DNA of 64,000 nucleotides from Candidatus Anderseniibacteriota bacterium (GCA_040876835.1 JBBDOX010000011.1:1452-65451), one strand, 5' to 3'; positions 37,155 to 46,763 are shown, counted from the stretch's first letter. Notes: generated by a model from the letters alone, not told the origin. Program-made: numbers and translations.

Positions 37155-37340
37155 CTGCAGAATAGAGAAGATGTTTATCCAGGCTTAGAGGTTGATATTA
37201 TTTTAAAAAAAGATCAGCGGTCGGGAAAGCTTACGCGAGGGAAGGTGCAGGACATTTTAACGAGTGCGCCATTCCCTAGCTGGGGTATCAAAATGCGTCT
37301 AACCAGTGGCGATGTTGAGCGTGTAGCCCACATTATTTAA
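37155..37340 (+). CDS. YwbE/DUF2196-like small protein lacking a canonical start codon
   Basis: In frame immediately after the YecM TAG. (L)QNREDVYPGLEVDIILKKDQRSGKLTRGKVQDILTSAPFPSWGIKMRLTSGDVERVAHII matches the conserved YwbE core. The only nearby candidate starts are CTG at 37155 or a much later GTG at 37245. Confidence 0.4.
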   Translation: MQNREDVYPGLEVDIILKKDQRSGKLTRGKVQDILTSAPFPSWGIKMRLTSGDVERVAHII

Positions 37341-37440
37341 ACCTCGTAGGCAATTGCTGCTGCAAAAGGCTGGTGAGGGTAAAAATGAAACAGCGTTTGC
37401 TTGACTTAAGAAGCTGTTTCGTGTTTTGGTATATGTTTGT

Positions 37441-38913
37441 ATGAGTAAAGATTCAGTCATTTTACGATTTTCAGAAGTCAGCTTCGAATACGACCACATT
37501 CGACTCCTGCTGGACGAGGTCAGCTTTTCCGTACGCACTGGCAGCCGCATTACATTAATGGGACAGAACGGGGCGGGTAAAAGCTCTCTCTTTAAACTGA
37601 TTACTGGCGAGCTTACTCCGACCGCGGGCCGGATTTCCCGTACCCCCGCTGATGCTACGATCGCTATTTCCCGGCAGGTGATGCCGCAGGAGGCACTGGA
37701 TCTGACGCTGCGCGAATATTTTGCCACTGCTTTTCCGGAAACAGAATATGCGCTCGATAGGTTAATTGCCGAAGTGCTCGATATTGTGCATCTGGACCTG
37801 CCGATCGATATGAAAGTTAGGGAGTGTTCCGGTGGTCAGCAGGCTCGCCTGCTGCTGGCGTACGCTCTGATTCAAAAGCCTGATATTTTATTACTGGATG
37901 AGCCGACGAATAATCTGGATCAGTACGGCATTGATCATCTCACAGCGTTTCTGGTGATGTATGAAAAAACCTGTCTGGTTATTTCCCACGATGCTGACTT
38001 CCTGAACGCCTTCTCTGATGGAGTGTTGTATCTCGACGCCGCAACACGGAAAATCGAGCAGTATACCGGCAACTATACTGATGTAGTGGAGGAGATTAAG
38101 CAGCGACGGGAGCGAGAGAATAAATTAAACGCTCGTATGCAGGCGCAGATTAAAGAAAAGCGATCTCAGGCCGAAGTGTTCGCTCACAAGGGCGGTAAGT
38201 TGCGCGGAGTAGCTAAGCGTATGCGAGAGGCGGCTGAAGAAGCGGAAGAAAATATTGTCAGTGTGCGCACCGAAGATAAATCGATCCGCCCCTTTACGAT
38301 ACCGGCCCAGGAGTTCGATTCATTGTTTGACGGCGCCATTATTAGGTTTAGCCATGTCTCCGCTTGGCATAACAAAAAAGTGATAGAGCGGCCGCTCGAT
38401 CTGACAGTGCGCAAAGGTATACATATGTTGATTGCTGGCCCTAACGGGATCGGGAAGAGTACTCTTCTGGAAAAGCTGGCCTTACGTTCATCGGACGGGG
38501 CTGTGATTCCGGCAGATATAGTAGTCGGCTATTACAAGCAGGATTTTAGCAATCTGGATCCTGATCGCACCGCCCTAGATACTCTTCTAGAAGTTATGAA
38601 AGTAAAAGACGAACGAGTACTGCGGTCGACGGCCGCTGGATTTCTTTTTGATAGCAAACTTCTGGCTAGTCCCATCCGTGCTCTGTCCGAAGGACAGAAG
38701 GGGCTGCTGTCGTTCTGTCGATTAGTCCTTCTGAAACCCGGTCTGCTTATACTGGACGAACCCACCAATCATATTAACTTTCGACACCTTCCAATTATTG
38801 CTAAAGCACTAGATGAATATACGGGAGCAATGGTGATGGTATCTCACATCCCTTCTTTCGTAGAGCAGATCCGGATTAATGAAGTTGTTGATTTGGAGGC
38901 AGGTAGGGTCTAA
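37441..38913 (+). CDS. ABC-F family ATPase (tandem ABC domains, EttA/Uup-like)
   Basis: ATG 37441; the ORF-track start is TTG 37426. Two Walker A sites (GQNGAGKSSL, GPNGIGKSTL) and two LSGGQ-like signatures. No TM domain. Confidence 0.85.
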   Translation: MSKDSVILRFSEVSFEYDHIRLLLDEVSFSVRTGSRITLMGQNGAGKSSLFKLITGELTPTAGRISRTPADATIAISRQVMPQEALDLTLREYFATAFPETEYALDRLIAEVLDIVHLDLPIDMKVRECSGGQQARLLLAYALIQKPDILLLDEPTNNLDQYGIDHLTAFLVMYEKTCLVISHDADFLNAFSDGVLYLDAATRKIEQYTGNYTDVVEEIKQRRERENKLNARMQAQIKEKRSQAEVFAHKGGKLRGVAKRMREAAEEAEENIVSVRTEDKSIRPFTIPAQEFDSLFDGAIIRFSHVSAWHNKKVIERPLDLTVRKGIHMLIAGPNGIGKSTLLEKLALRSSDGAVIPADIVVGYYKQDFSNLDPDRTALDTLLEVMKVKDERVLRSTAAGFLFDSKLLASPIRALSEGQKGLLSFCRLVLLKPGLLILDEPTNHINFRHLPIIAKALDEYTGAMVMVSHIPSFVEQIRINEVVDLEAGRV

Positions 38914-38965
38914 GAGACTAAATTCAAGAGCAGACGGATAAGGAAGGCTGTGCTTTAATGTAAAT

Positions 38966-39331
38966 ATGAGTAGCAGAAAGAAGTTCAAAACAGTTCCTGA
39001 ATACATTGACGCTTTTCCGAAGGATGTGCAGAAGCTTTTACGGGATATGAGAAGAACAATCAGAAAGGCAGCTCCGGATGCGCAGGAGGCGATTGGTTAT
39101 GGGATACCAGCATATAAACTAAGGAGGCCGGTAATATATTTTGCTGCATTCAAGAATCACATCGGGCTTTATCCGATGACTTCGACTGTTAAAAAAGAGT
39201 TTAAAAAAGAATTATCTGTATACAAGCAGGGGAAGGGAACGGTTCAGTTTCCTCTGGATAAACCTATTCCGCTTAGTCTGGTCGCAAGGATTGTGAAGTT
39301 CCGGGTGAAAGAAAATTTAGCAAAGCAGTAA
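38966..39331 (+). CDS. DUF1801 (YdhG-like) family protein, second copy
   Basis: 121 aa. …VPEYIDAFPKDVQKLLRDMRRTI…. Confidence 0.62.
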   Translation: MSSRKKFKTVPEYIDAFPKDVQKLLRDMRRTIRKAAPDAQEAIGYGIPAYKLRRPVIYFAAFKNHIGLYPMTSTVKKEFKKELSVYKQGKGTVQFPLDKPIPLSLVARIVKFRVKENLAKQ

Positions 39332-39346
39332 GACAAATTGCTGTTA

Positions 39347-40144
39347 TTACAGATCGCTGCCCGCGCCTGTTTTCAGATACGTTATAATCCCATCTGCAAT
39401 TCCTTGAATAGACAGCTCCGGCTGACTGACAATAATTTTTCTGTCCTGGGGGCTGGTCAAAAATCCGGTTTCAATAATGACAGCCGGAGTCATGGGATGG
39501 ATAGCGTGCTCGTAGCGACGCCAGTTGAAAGCGTAGTACCCGCTCATGCGTCGGCTGATGCTCGGGTCCCGGTTTAAACCTGTGGCCTGCTCATAGGTTT
39601 TGTATAAAGATTCTTCAAGATAGATTGACCGGCCGGAGTAATCCCGGCGGGGACTGGCAATTTTGAAGCCGGATACCGAGGAGTCTATATTGCCATCGGC
39701 GTGGATGGACACAAATGCATCCGCTATATACCCGGGCGGGACGGTAGCTGGCAGCAGATCCGCTTCAATACCTGCCTCCTTAAGTAATGCTGCTACCTGC
39801 TCTGCGATCTTTAAGACCACGTCTCGCTCATTTGTTCCGCCACCGACGGCTCCACCTCCATTTTTTCGCAGGCCCCCCAGCTCTTCCGGCACTTCATCAT
39901 TACGCCAGTGGCCGGCCTGGATACCAACTCGCAGGGGTCCGGGCGGCCGCTGCCATTTTTCAAGTTCGGAGAGGGTATAACGATCATTGGCTCCTAAAGT
40001 CTCGTCAGGTGAAACTTCTTCAAAGCCAACTTCTTCGGTTGTATATGAGAAAGTAGAGGATACGTCCCGACCGGGCTGTACCAGGTACCAGATAGTGGAA
40101 CCCGCGACTATCAAAAGAGCCAAAAGAAGCAAAAAATACTTCAT
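39347..40144 (-). CDS. N-acetylmuramoyl-L-alanine amidase (Amidase_3) with N-terminal anchor
   Basis: ATG at 40144 gives MKYFLLLLALLIVAGS…. …ISIHADGN… and downstream Zn-ligand context. The ORF-track N-terminal extension is rejected. Confidence 0.7.
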   Translation of the reverse strand: MKYFLLLLALLIVAGSTIWYLVQPGRDVSSTFSYTTEEVGFEEVSPDETLGANDRYTLSELEKWQRPPGPLRVGIQAGHWRNDEVPEELGGLRKNGGGAVGGGTNERDVVLKIAEQVAALLKEAGIEADLLPATVPPGYIADAFVSIHADGNIDSSVSGFKIASPRRDYSGRSIYLEESLYKTYEQATGLNRDPSISRRMSGYYAFNWRRYEHAIHPMTPAVIIETGFLTSPQDRKIIVSQPELSIQGIADGIITYLKTGAGSDL

Positions 40145-40240
40145 ATCACTGAGCGTTGAGAGCTTACGGATATATGTTATGGTTAGAATGCAGATGCCGC
40201 AATCCTTATACAAAAAACCGCCGAGTCTTATTCCCGCTAG

Positions 40241-41791
40241 ATGTTCACCGCTCAGGAGTGCGTTCGGTATCGCAACCTTGCACGTTATATGAACCCGATC
40301 ACATCCTGGCTGCAAAACATCACCATGTACCGGTTGATGTTGTACTTTATGCTGGTCCTGCTTTTGGCTGCGATCCTGCTGAGTGTTGTGGGAGTTTTGC
40401 CTTACAGTCCGTGGAGCATCGCGCTGCAGACAATACTGTTTCCTGGGCTCTGCTGGGGAGTTAACAAAGTAATTTCTCGTAGCTTAAAGCTGCAGTCGAA
40501 CATCGAGTCTTCGCTTATTACCGGTCTGATCCTGTCAGCGATTGTGGGCCCTTTGGTGTTGTCGCGCGACTGGCTGATTTTTCTGGTCATAACCGCTACT
40601 GCAATCGGGTCAAAGTACCTGCTCGCGATCAGACGCAGCCACATCTTTAATCCGGCTGCTTTCGGAGTGGTGGTATCCGCGTTGGTGCTTGGATATCCGG
40701 CTAGCTGGTGGATTGGGAGTGAGGCGTTGTTGCCGGTTATTCTCATCGGAGGCGTGCTGATGATAATAAAGATCAGACGCTGGCATCTCATTGTCAGTTT
40801 TCTGGGGGTCTACCTGGGATTAAGGGCACTTGATGCTTTATTTATTGACGGCCGAAGCCTCACACAGGCGGGCGTCTTGCTGCAAACTCTGGCCACATCT
40901 CCATCAATTCTTTTCTTCTGCTTTGTCATGCTGATCGAACCGCTTACCGCTCCCCAGGTGCGGTCACGCCGTGTGGCGTTTGGTTCGTTTGTAGGAGTAA
41001 CGCTATTTGCGTTTCAGCAATTCCTGGCCTCTGTGCCTTACTCGCTGGAGTTAACGCTCCTGATCGGAAATATCTTTACCCGGATTGTTAATCCTGATTT
41101 CCGGCAGGCATTTGTCTTAAGGCAAAAGGAGCTATTTTCTTCCGCGATCGGCAGTTTCTGGTTCGAACCTACCCGACGATTTACTTTTAAGCCGGGGCAG
41201 TTTCTGGAATATACATTTGCGCACCCTCACCCTGACACTCGCGGCGTTCGAAGGTACTTCAGTATTGCGTCTTCACCGACCGAAGAGAAAGTGCTCTTAA
41301 CTGCCCGGTTTTCTGAGCCCGGCAGCACCTTCAAACAGGCACTGCGGAAGATGGGAGAGGGGGACGAGATTGTCGCCTCGAAAGTGGCGGGTGACTTCGT
41401 GCTGCCGTCAGATACGGCGCAGAAGCTCGTCTTTATTGCCGGCGGCATCGGTATTACCCCGTTTCGCAGCATCGTAAAATATTTGCTTGATACTAATCAA
41501 TCCCGCGATCTTGTATTGCTGTACGGCTCGCGCGAGGAAGGGGATCTGATATTTCGCGATGTTTTTGAGGAGGCCCGCAAAATATTCAACATGAATACTG
41601 TGTATGTAGTGTCCCGGGTGATTGATGAGCAGGTTATACGGAAAGAGATACCGGATTTTACTGAGCGCCTGTTTTATATCTCCGGACCGGAAGGCATGGT
41701 GCAGGGCTTGAGCAAGATGTTAGTTGGTATGGGGGTTTCGCGCCGGCAGATCAGGCGGGATTACTTTCCCGGGTACGCAGAGCAGGGATAG
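40241..41791 (+). CDS. Fusion protein: N-terminal polytopic membrane domain + C-terminal ferredoxin-NADP-reductase-like FAD/NAD(P)-binding module
   Basis: 516 aa. C-terminal RRYFSIASSP (RxYS FAD motif) and GGIGITPF (NAD motif). The membrane domain family is unassigned, with weak RnfD/NqrB-like flavour. Alternative in-frame ATG starts at 40289 and 40325. Confidence 0.6.
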   Translation: MFTAQECVRYRNLARYMNPITSWLQNITMYRLMLYFMLVLLLAAILLSVVGVLPYSPWSIALQTILFPGLCWGVNKVISRSLKLQSNIESSLITGLILSAIVGPLVLSRDWLIFLVITATAIGSKYLLAIRRSHIFNPAAFGVVVSALVLGYPASWWIGSEALLPVILIGGVLMIIKIRRWHLIVSFLGVYLGLRALDALFIDGRSLTQAGVLLQTLATSPSILFFCFVMLIEPLTAPQVRSRRVAFGSFVGVTLFAFQQFLASVPYSLELTLLIGNIFTRIVNPDFRQAFVLRQKELFSSAIGSFWFEPTRRFTFKPGQFLEYTFAHPHPDTRGVRRYFSIASSPTEEKVLLTARFSEPGSTFKQALRKMGEGDEIVASKVAGDFVLPSDTAQKLVFIAGGIGITPFRSIVKYLLDTNQSRDLVLLYGSREEGDLIFRDVFEEARKIFNMNTVYVVSRVIDEQVIRKEIPDFTERLFYISGPEGMVQGLSKMLVGMGVSRRQIRRDYFPGYAEQG

Positions 41792-41852
41792 ACACATACT
41801 ACCTACCTTTTCTGTCCCAGACAGGAATAGTTGTTTACACTAAGGGTATTCT

Positions 41853-42830
41853 ATGGGAGGGATATATCTTGCCGGGCTGGTATTAATACTTTCCTTTGTT
41901 TTAGGGAAGGTATCTGACTTTACTGCTGCCAGCGTTCGCCGTCTCAGCCTCCGTTTTAAAATCAACGAATTCATAACCGCCTTCTTCTTTCTTGGTATTG
42001 CCACCTCTATTCCGGAGATAGCGGTGGCTGTTTTTTCTGCAATTAGAGGAGTGCCTGAACTGTCGTTCGGAAACCTCATCGGTGCTAACATTGTCATTCT
42101 AACATTCATGATTGGTCTGGCCGCTGTCTTTTCGGGCAAGCTCAGTGTTCACAAGGCAATCCACAGAGATGACTTCTTTTTAACGCTGATGCTGGTCGGA
42201 TTGCCCATCCCCTTTATTCTCAACGGCTATATCTCCAGAGTTGAAGGATTAGTCATGATGGTTGCCTATGGATATTTTCTCCTTCACTTTTTCTGGCGTC
42301 GGCGGGCATATCGCAAGCAATCAAAGGCAACCCATCTTCGCGGTACAGTCCAGCGGGATATTGCCATATTTCTGGTTTCTTCAATAGTTTTGCTCATTGT
42401 CTCTTATGTTTTGGTACAGGTATCGCTAACGGCTGCGGCTGCCTTGGGTATACCAATCCTGGTTGTGGGATTGCTCATGATATCTCTCGGCACGAATGTG
42501 CCGGAGGTTTCATTTGTCTTGAATCAGGCTTCGCGTCGGTATACGAAAGATAAAGATATTGTTACAGGCGTTCTGTTGGGTAACGTTGTACTCAACACCC
42601 CTACGCTAGGTCTCTTGGCACTTATCCGCCCCTTCTCGATTGGGAACCTGCAGATGGTATGGGTATCGGCTGCGTTCCTTGCAGTTGTATTGTATGCCAC
42701 TTGGGTCTTCTTTCTTTCGGAAAGAAAGTTAACCAGGCGCGAGGGCATACTGCTTCTTCTGTTGTACGCATTGTTTGTTGGATACCAGCTTGGACTATTC
42801 AGCAGACTTTTTCCTGGTTCTTTTTCTTAA
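41853..42830 (+). CDS. Sodium/calcium exchanger (CaCA, YrbG-like) membrane protein
   Basis: 325 aa. Two alpha-repeats: …SIPEIAVAVFSA…GNLIGANIV… and …GTNVPEVSFVLNQA…GNVVLN…. Confidence 0.75.
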   Translation: MGGIYLAGLVLILSFVLGKVSDFTAASVRRLSLRFKINEFITAFFFLGIATSIPEIAVAVFSAIRGVPELSFGNLIGANIVILTFMIGLAAVFSGKLSVHKAIHRDDFFLTLMLVGLPIPFILNGYISRVEGLVMMVAYGYFLLHFFWRRRAYRKQSKATHLRGTVQRDIAIFLVSSIVLLIVSYVLVQVSLTAAAALGIPILVVGLLMISLGTNVPEVSFVLNQASRRYTKDKDIVTGVLLGNVVLNTPTLGLLALIRPFSIGNLQMVWVSAAFLAVVLYATWVFFLSERKLTRREGILLLLLYALFVGYQLGLFSRLFPGSFS

Positions 42831-42850
42831 TTATCCTATACTTTTAAGTC

Positions 42851-43069
42851 ATGCGTCGTCGTCATCATCCTCTGTCATATTTCACCTCAAGTTTTGCAAT
42901 TGTACTGGGGTTGGTTCTGATTTGGCGTGGCATTTGGTACGTGCTGGATGAGATTGATAAGGTATTCTTTGGTGGTAGTCACATTTTCACTGCAGTAGGC
43001 GGAGTGATAGTAGGACTGTTAGTTCTGTATCTGCCGGATAAAAACTTAAGTGAACTGCGCAAACTCTAA
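42851..43069 (+). CDS. Small two-helix membrane protein
   Basis: 72-aa hydrophobic ORF immediately after the exchanger. Confidence 0.4.
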   Translation: MRRRHHPLSYFTSSFAIVLGLVLIWRGIWYVLDEIDKVFFGGSHIFTAVGGVIVGLLVLYLPDKNLSELRKL

Positions 43070-43106
43070 TACCCGGCTTGTTGATCTGAGGGTAGTCTAC
43101 CCAGCT

Positions 43107-43601
43107 TTATTCATTTATTGCACCAAGTACGCCCCTGCGGTCGAGCCAGCTGAGGAATGCTAGGTAGACTGGCCCTGCAAAGATATAAAACATTTTCATT
43201 ATAACCGGAGCGTGAATGACTCCGAGGTTAAGCAGACTGGTATAACGGGAGTTCAGACGAATATTCAGAAAGTGATAGCCGATGGCTTCCGCTGCGATCA
43301 GCAGGATCAGGTAAAGGATAATAACAAGGGCAAGGCGATACCGTTTGGGGAATTCGTAACTTGTCAGTTGTAATCCCGTCAATCCAACCGTCCACAGTAT
43401 AAGAGGATATACATTAATCCTGTCCATCAGAAACAGATTGCTTCCGTTGTATTCATAGCGAAAGTAGAAAGACCAGACGGTGGCTACGAGCAGCGCCAAA
43501 GCAAAAGGAACAAATGCTTTCCGGCGGTACCGCGCAAAAAGGAAGAGTAAGATCACTACCGCCAGCGCAATAATGAGTGTTTTGGTATCAAGGTAAATCA
43601 T
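43107..43601 (-). CDS. Membrane protein, hypothetical
   Basis: 164 aa with 4-5 hydrophobic helices. Confidence 0.5.
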   Translation of the reverse strand: MIYLDTKTLIIALAVVILLFLFARYRRKAFVPFALALLVATVWSFYFRYEYNGSNLFLMDRINVYPLILWTVGLTGLQLTSYEFPKRYRLALVIILYLILLIAAEAIGYHFLNIRLNSRYTSLLNLGVIHAPVIMKMFYIFAGPVYLAFLSWLDRRGVLGAINE

Positions 43602-43772
43602 ATCGGAGGGAGTGCTTGCCAGCTTAACACATCTTGCAGCTACGGAGCTTTAAGCCCTTGATCGCACGTTCATTTTGCTTAAGTTGCCCTATCCCGGTTT
43701 TAGTCTGTAGACCAAGGTAGGCGTGCTTGAAGGTGGTTTGAAAAGGAACGATGGCGCTAGAGGGAGAACTTT

Positions 43773-44042
43773 ATGCTGACGAGGAGACCTACTTGTTTGA
43801 TAAGGGATCAGATCATAAAACCCTGTGGGGGGATTAATATCTATCCTGACCTCGAAATGCCCGACGCGCTTGAGTTTGACTCAATGATTAACATTCGGCC
43901 GAGCCAGAGCAACACGTCGCGCGATATTGAGGATGAAAGTATTCACACCCGGCTTAAGGAAATTGTGAGCAGGCCTGTTTCTGATCTGGTATGGGTGAGA
44001 TCAAAACATCTTCACAACATGGCTAAAGCTGCTCGGCGGTAA
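43773..44042 (+). CDS. Hypothetical ORF in a 490-nt intergenic region
   Basis: 89 aa with no motif. Could be noncoding. Confidence 0.2.
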   Translation: MLTRRPTCLIRDQIIKPCGGINIYPDLEMPDALEFDSMINIRPSQSNTSRDIEDESIHTRLKEIVSRPVSDLVWVRSKHLHNMAKAARR

Positions 44043-44092
44043 CGTAAAAGAGACGCCCAGAAGGCCCAGCATGTTATGAAGGGGGATAAAGG

Positions 44093-44740
44093 GTGGTGGA
44101 TCTTGTGCCTCAGGAAGGAATGTTCAATACTACCAGCATGATGCAGCAGGTTTTCGCAATTCACGGAGGAACTTCGTTTGATAGCTATGGGGAATACATA
44201 TCTTTCATCAAAACTCGTGAGCTTACGCTGGAAAAACTAAAGCAGACGGAAGACTGGAAAGCCTCACTGCCCCGGGAGCTGGGAGATATGTTTGAAGTGT
44301 TACTGCCTAAAATGCCCAACGGCACGAATGTACGGTATGCGGAATGGTGCATCTGGTTTGAACGATGCATTCCCTTTTTGCAGGAGGGCGTTATTTTGAT
44401 CGGACACTCTCTGGGTGGAATCTTTCTGGCTAAATATCTGGCAGAACATTCTTTCCCGAAAAAGATTAAAGCAACGCTGTTGGTAGCAGCGCCCTTTAAT
44501 GACACATCAACTGTTGAATCACTAAAAGACTTTGTGTTGCCTTCGTCTTTGGAAAAACTTGAGAGCCAGGCAGGGGCAATCTATATCATCCACAGCAAGG
44601 ACGATCCCGTTGTTCCTTTTGAGCAGGTGAAAAAATATCAGGATATGCTGCCAGAAGCGCAGCTAGTAGTCTTTGATGATAGAGGACACTTCAATCAGCA
44701 GACATTTTCTGAGTTAGTCACTCTGATTAAGTCCTTGTAG
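44093..44740 (+). CDS. Alpha/beta serine hydrolase, YdeN/RBBP9-like
   Basis: GHSLGG nucleophile elbow. ~200 aa with …IHSKDDPVVPF… and a distal H. The start is ambiguous: GTG 44093 or ATG 44120. Confidence 0.68.
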   Translation: MVDLVPQEGMFNTTSMMQQVFAIHGGTSFDSYGEYISFIKTRELTLEKLKQTEDWKASLPRELGDMFEVLLPKMPNGTNVRYAEWCIWFERCIPFLQEGVILIGHSLGGIFLAKYLAEHSFPKKIKATLLVAAPFNDTSTVESLKDFVLPSSLEKLESQAGAIYIIHSKDDPVVPFEQVKKYQDMLPEAQLVVFDDRGHFNQQTFSELVTLIKSL

Positions 44741-44880
44741 GTTTCAAGCCGATAACGGGAGGCATTCTTTGGCTTTCAGAACAGTGTTCCCCTGGAGTGC
44801 TACACTTAAGAACGTGCCATTGCCCGACACGATATAAGGGGTACGCAAAGGAGAATCGGGAAATATTAAACCCTCAACCT

Positions 44881-45501
44881 ATGAGCCGTAATGTCAATCA
44901 TCTGAAAGAGAAAGCCCGGTGGTTATCCTACTTCACCGTCGGGTACAACATTGCTGAAGGTGCTGTCTCGGTTATTGCTGGCTCTCTTGTTGGTAGCGTA
45001 GCTCTGATAGGTTTTGGCTTTGACAGTTTTCTGGAGAGTCTGTCGGGCGGAGTTATGATCTGGCGCTTTAAGGCTCGACACGTGCTTTCCCACAAACAGG
45101 AGGAGCGAATTGAGTACCGGGCCATCAAGCTGATTGGCTATAGTTTCTTTGTCTTTGGCACCTATGTTTTATATGAGTCGCTGCGAAAACTGTATCTGCA
45201 GGAGGTGCCTGATGCTAGTCTGGCGGGGATCTTTATTGCCGTATTCTCTCTCATTATTATGCCTGTTTTATTTTATCAAAAACGCAAGACTGCCAGGGCC
45301 ATGCACAGTCACAGTTTGTTAGCTGATTCCAAGCAGACTCTCGCCTGTATGTGGATGAGTGTCGCGTTGCTGGCCGGAGTAGGCCTTCATTATCTCTATG
45401 GCTGGTGGTGGGCAGATCCGGTGGCCGGACTCTTTATCGTGTTGTTTTTGTTTAGAGAGGGCTACCACGCTCTTAAGGAAGCGGAGCTGTGTGCTTGTTA
45501 A
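44881..45501 (+). CDS. Cation-efflux (CDF-like) family membrane protein, short form
   Basis: ATG 44881 gives MSRNVNHLKEKARWLSYFTVGYNIAEGAVSVIAGS…, with six hydrophobic segments. Family assignment is tentative. Confidence 0.45.
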   Translation: MSRNVNHLKEKARWLSYFTVGYNIAEGAVSVIAGSLVGSVALIGFGFDSFLESLSGGVMIWRFKARHVLSHKQEERIEYRAIKLIGYSFFVFGTYVLYESLRKLYLQEVPDASLAGIFIAVFSLIIMPVLFYQKRKTARAMHSHSLLADSKQTLACMWMSVALLAGVGLHYLYGWWWADPVAGLFIVLFLFREGYHALKEAELCAC

Positions 45502-45612
45502 TAGGGAAGAATCGCGCTGTTTATTGATGAGCATACACAAAGCTATTCCGTTGCTGATCCGGCTTGAAGACTATCCTGGACAAGGACCCTAAAGAGACAT
45601 AGCCTCAAATTT

Positions 45613-45713
45613 ATGAGCAAGAAAAAAATACTGGTTACCGGGGGAGTAAGAAGGCGAGCTATGTTACCGGTGCTGCCTATACCGTAGACGGTGGTGAGTC
45701 TATCTCTCGTTAA
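45613..45713 (+). pseudogene. Remnant of a short-chain dehydrogenase (SDR) gene: N-terminus fused to C-terminus after a large internal deletion plus frameshift
   Basis: MSKKKILVTGG (SDR NAD-binding start) sits in one frame. …KASYVTGAAYTVDGGESISR* (SDR C-terminal motif) sits in the +2 frame. The two are joined at a run of five G near a shared GTTACCGG. Confidence 0.5.
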
Positions 45714-45802
45714 CTAGATCCTACTGTTTAGAAAATATCAGTGAGGGCTGTTAGCTTCGCCGGTGGTAAATTTTCTTAACTTATGTAGACTGGATTACTA
45801 CT

Positions 45803-46762
45803 ATGAGTGAACAGACAAATGCAATTGAGCTGCGAGGACTGCGTAAGTCTTTTAAAAACACTGAAGTTTTAAAAGATATTAATTTGGACGTTGCGCGCGG
45901 CAGTGTCCTGGCGCTGCTGGGGCCTAACGGTGCAGGAAAAACCACAACGGTTCGAATTCTCAGCACCCTCTTGTCGTTCGATGGCGGGGAAGCTGTCGTG
46001 AACGGGTATAGCGTGAAGAAGGACCCTAAGCATGTTAGGGCGAGCATCGGCTTAACGGGTCAGTATGCGGCCGTTGACGAATATCTGACGGGCAGACAAA
46101 ATCTGGAAATGATGGGGCGCCTGTATCATTTAAGCCGCTCCGACACCCGACGTCGAACTGAGGAGTTGCTGACACAATTTGATCTGCAGGATGCGGCAGG
46201 GAGAATTGTAAAAACATATTCTGGTGGCATGCGCCGTCGTCTTGACCTGGCCGCTAGTCTCATCGCCACCCCGCCGGTTCTTTTTCTGGATGAACCAACA
46301 ACCGGGCTTGATCCCAGAAGTCGCCTCGCTATGTGGGAGATTATTCAAAACCTAGTGAAGGCCGACGTTACTATTCTGCTCACTACCCAGCACCTAGAAG
46401 AAGCTGATCGACTGGCCGACCGCATTGCCGTCCTTGATCATGGCCGGATTATCGCTGAAGGCACTTCCAACGAACTCAAAGACCGTGTGGGTAAAGAACG
46501 TCTGGATCTGGTGGTGGAGAATGCAGCATCGTTTGAAGCAGCTATACGTATTTTTGGCAAAGAGATTATGCAGTCTGACGGGGATCGGCGACTTGTGAGC
46601 GTTGTTATTGAGGACGCGGTGCGCGATATCCGGCGGATGCTGGATGTGGCTAGTGAGAATAAGATTGGAATTGAATCGCTATCAATGCACAAACCAACGC
46701 TTGATGATGTGTTCCTGCAGTTTACCGGGCACGAAGCGGAAGCAGCTAATAACAACGAATAG
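45803..46762 (+). CDS. ABC transporter ATP-binding protein (DrrA-like, ABC-2 exporter)
   Basis: 319 aa. Walker A GPNGAGKTT, signature YSGGMRRRL, Walker B LFLDEPTTGLD. Confidence 0.85.
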   Translation: MSEQTNAIELRGLRKSFKNTEVLKDINLDVARGSVLALLGPNGAGKTTTVRILSTLLSFDGGEAVVNGYSVKKDPKHVRASIGLTGQYAAVDEYLTGRQNLEMMGRLYHLSRSDTRRRTEELLTQFDLQDAAGRIVKTYSGGMRRRLDLAASLIATPPVLFLDEPTTGLDPRSRLAMWEIIQNLVKADVTILLTTQHLEEADRLADRIAVLDHGRIIAEGTSNELKDRVGKERLDLVVENAASFEAAIRIFGKEIMQSDGDRRLVSVVIEDAVRDIRRMLDVASENKIGIESLSMHKPTLDDVFLQFTGHEAEAANNNE

Positions 46763-46763
46763 T

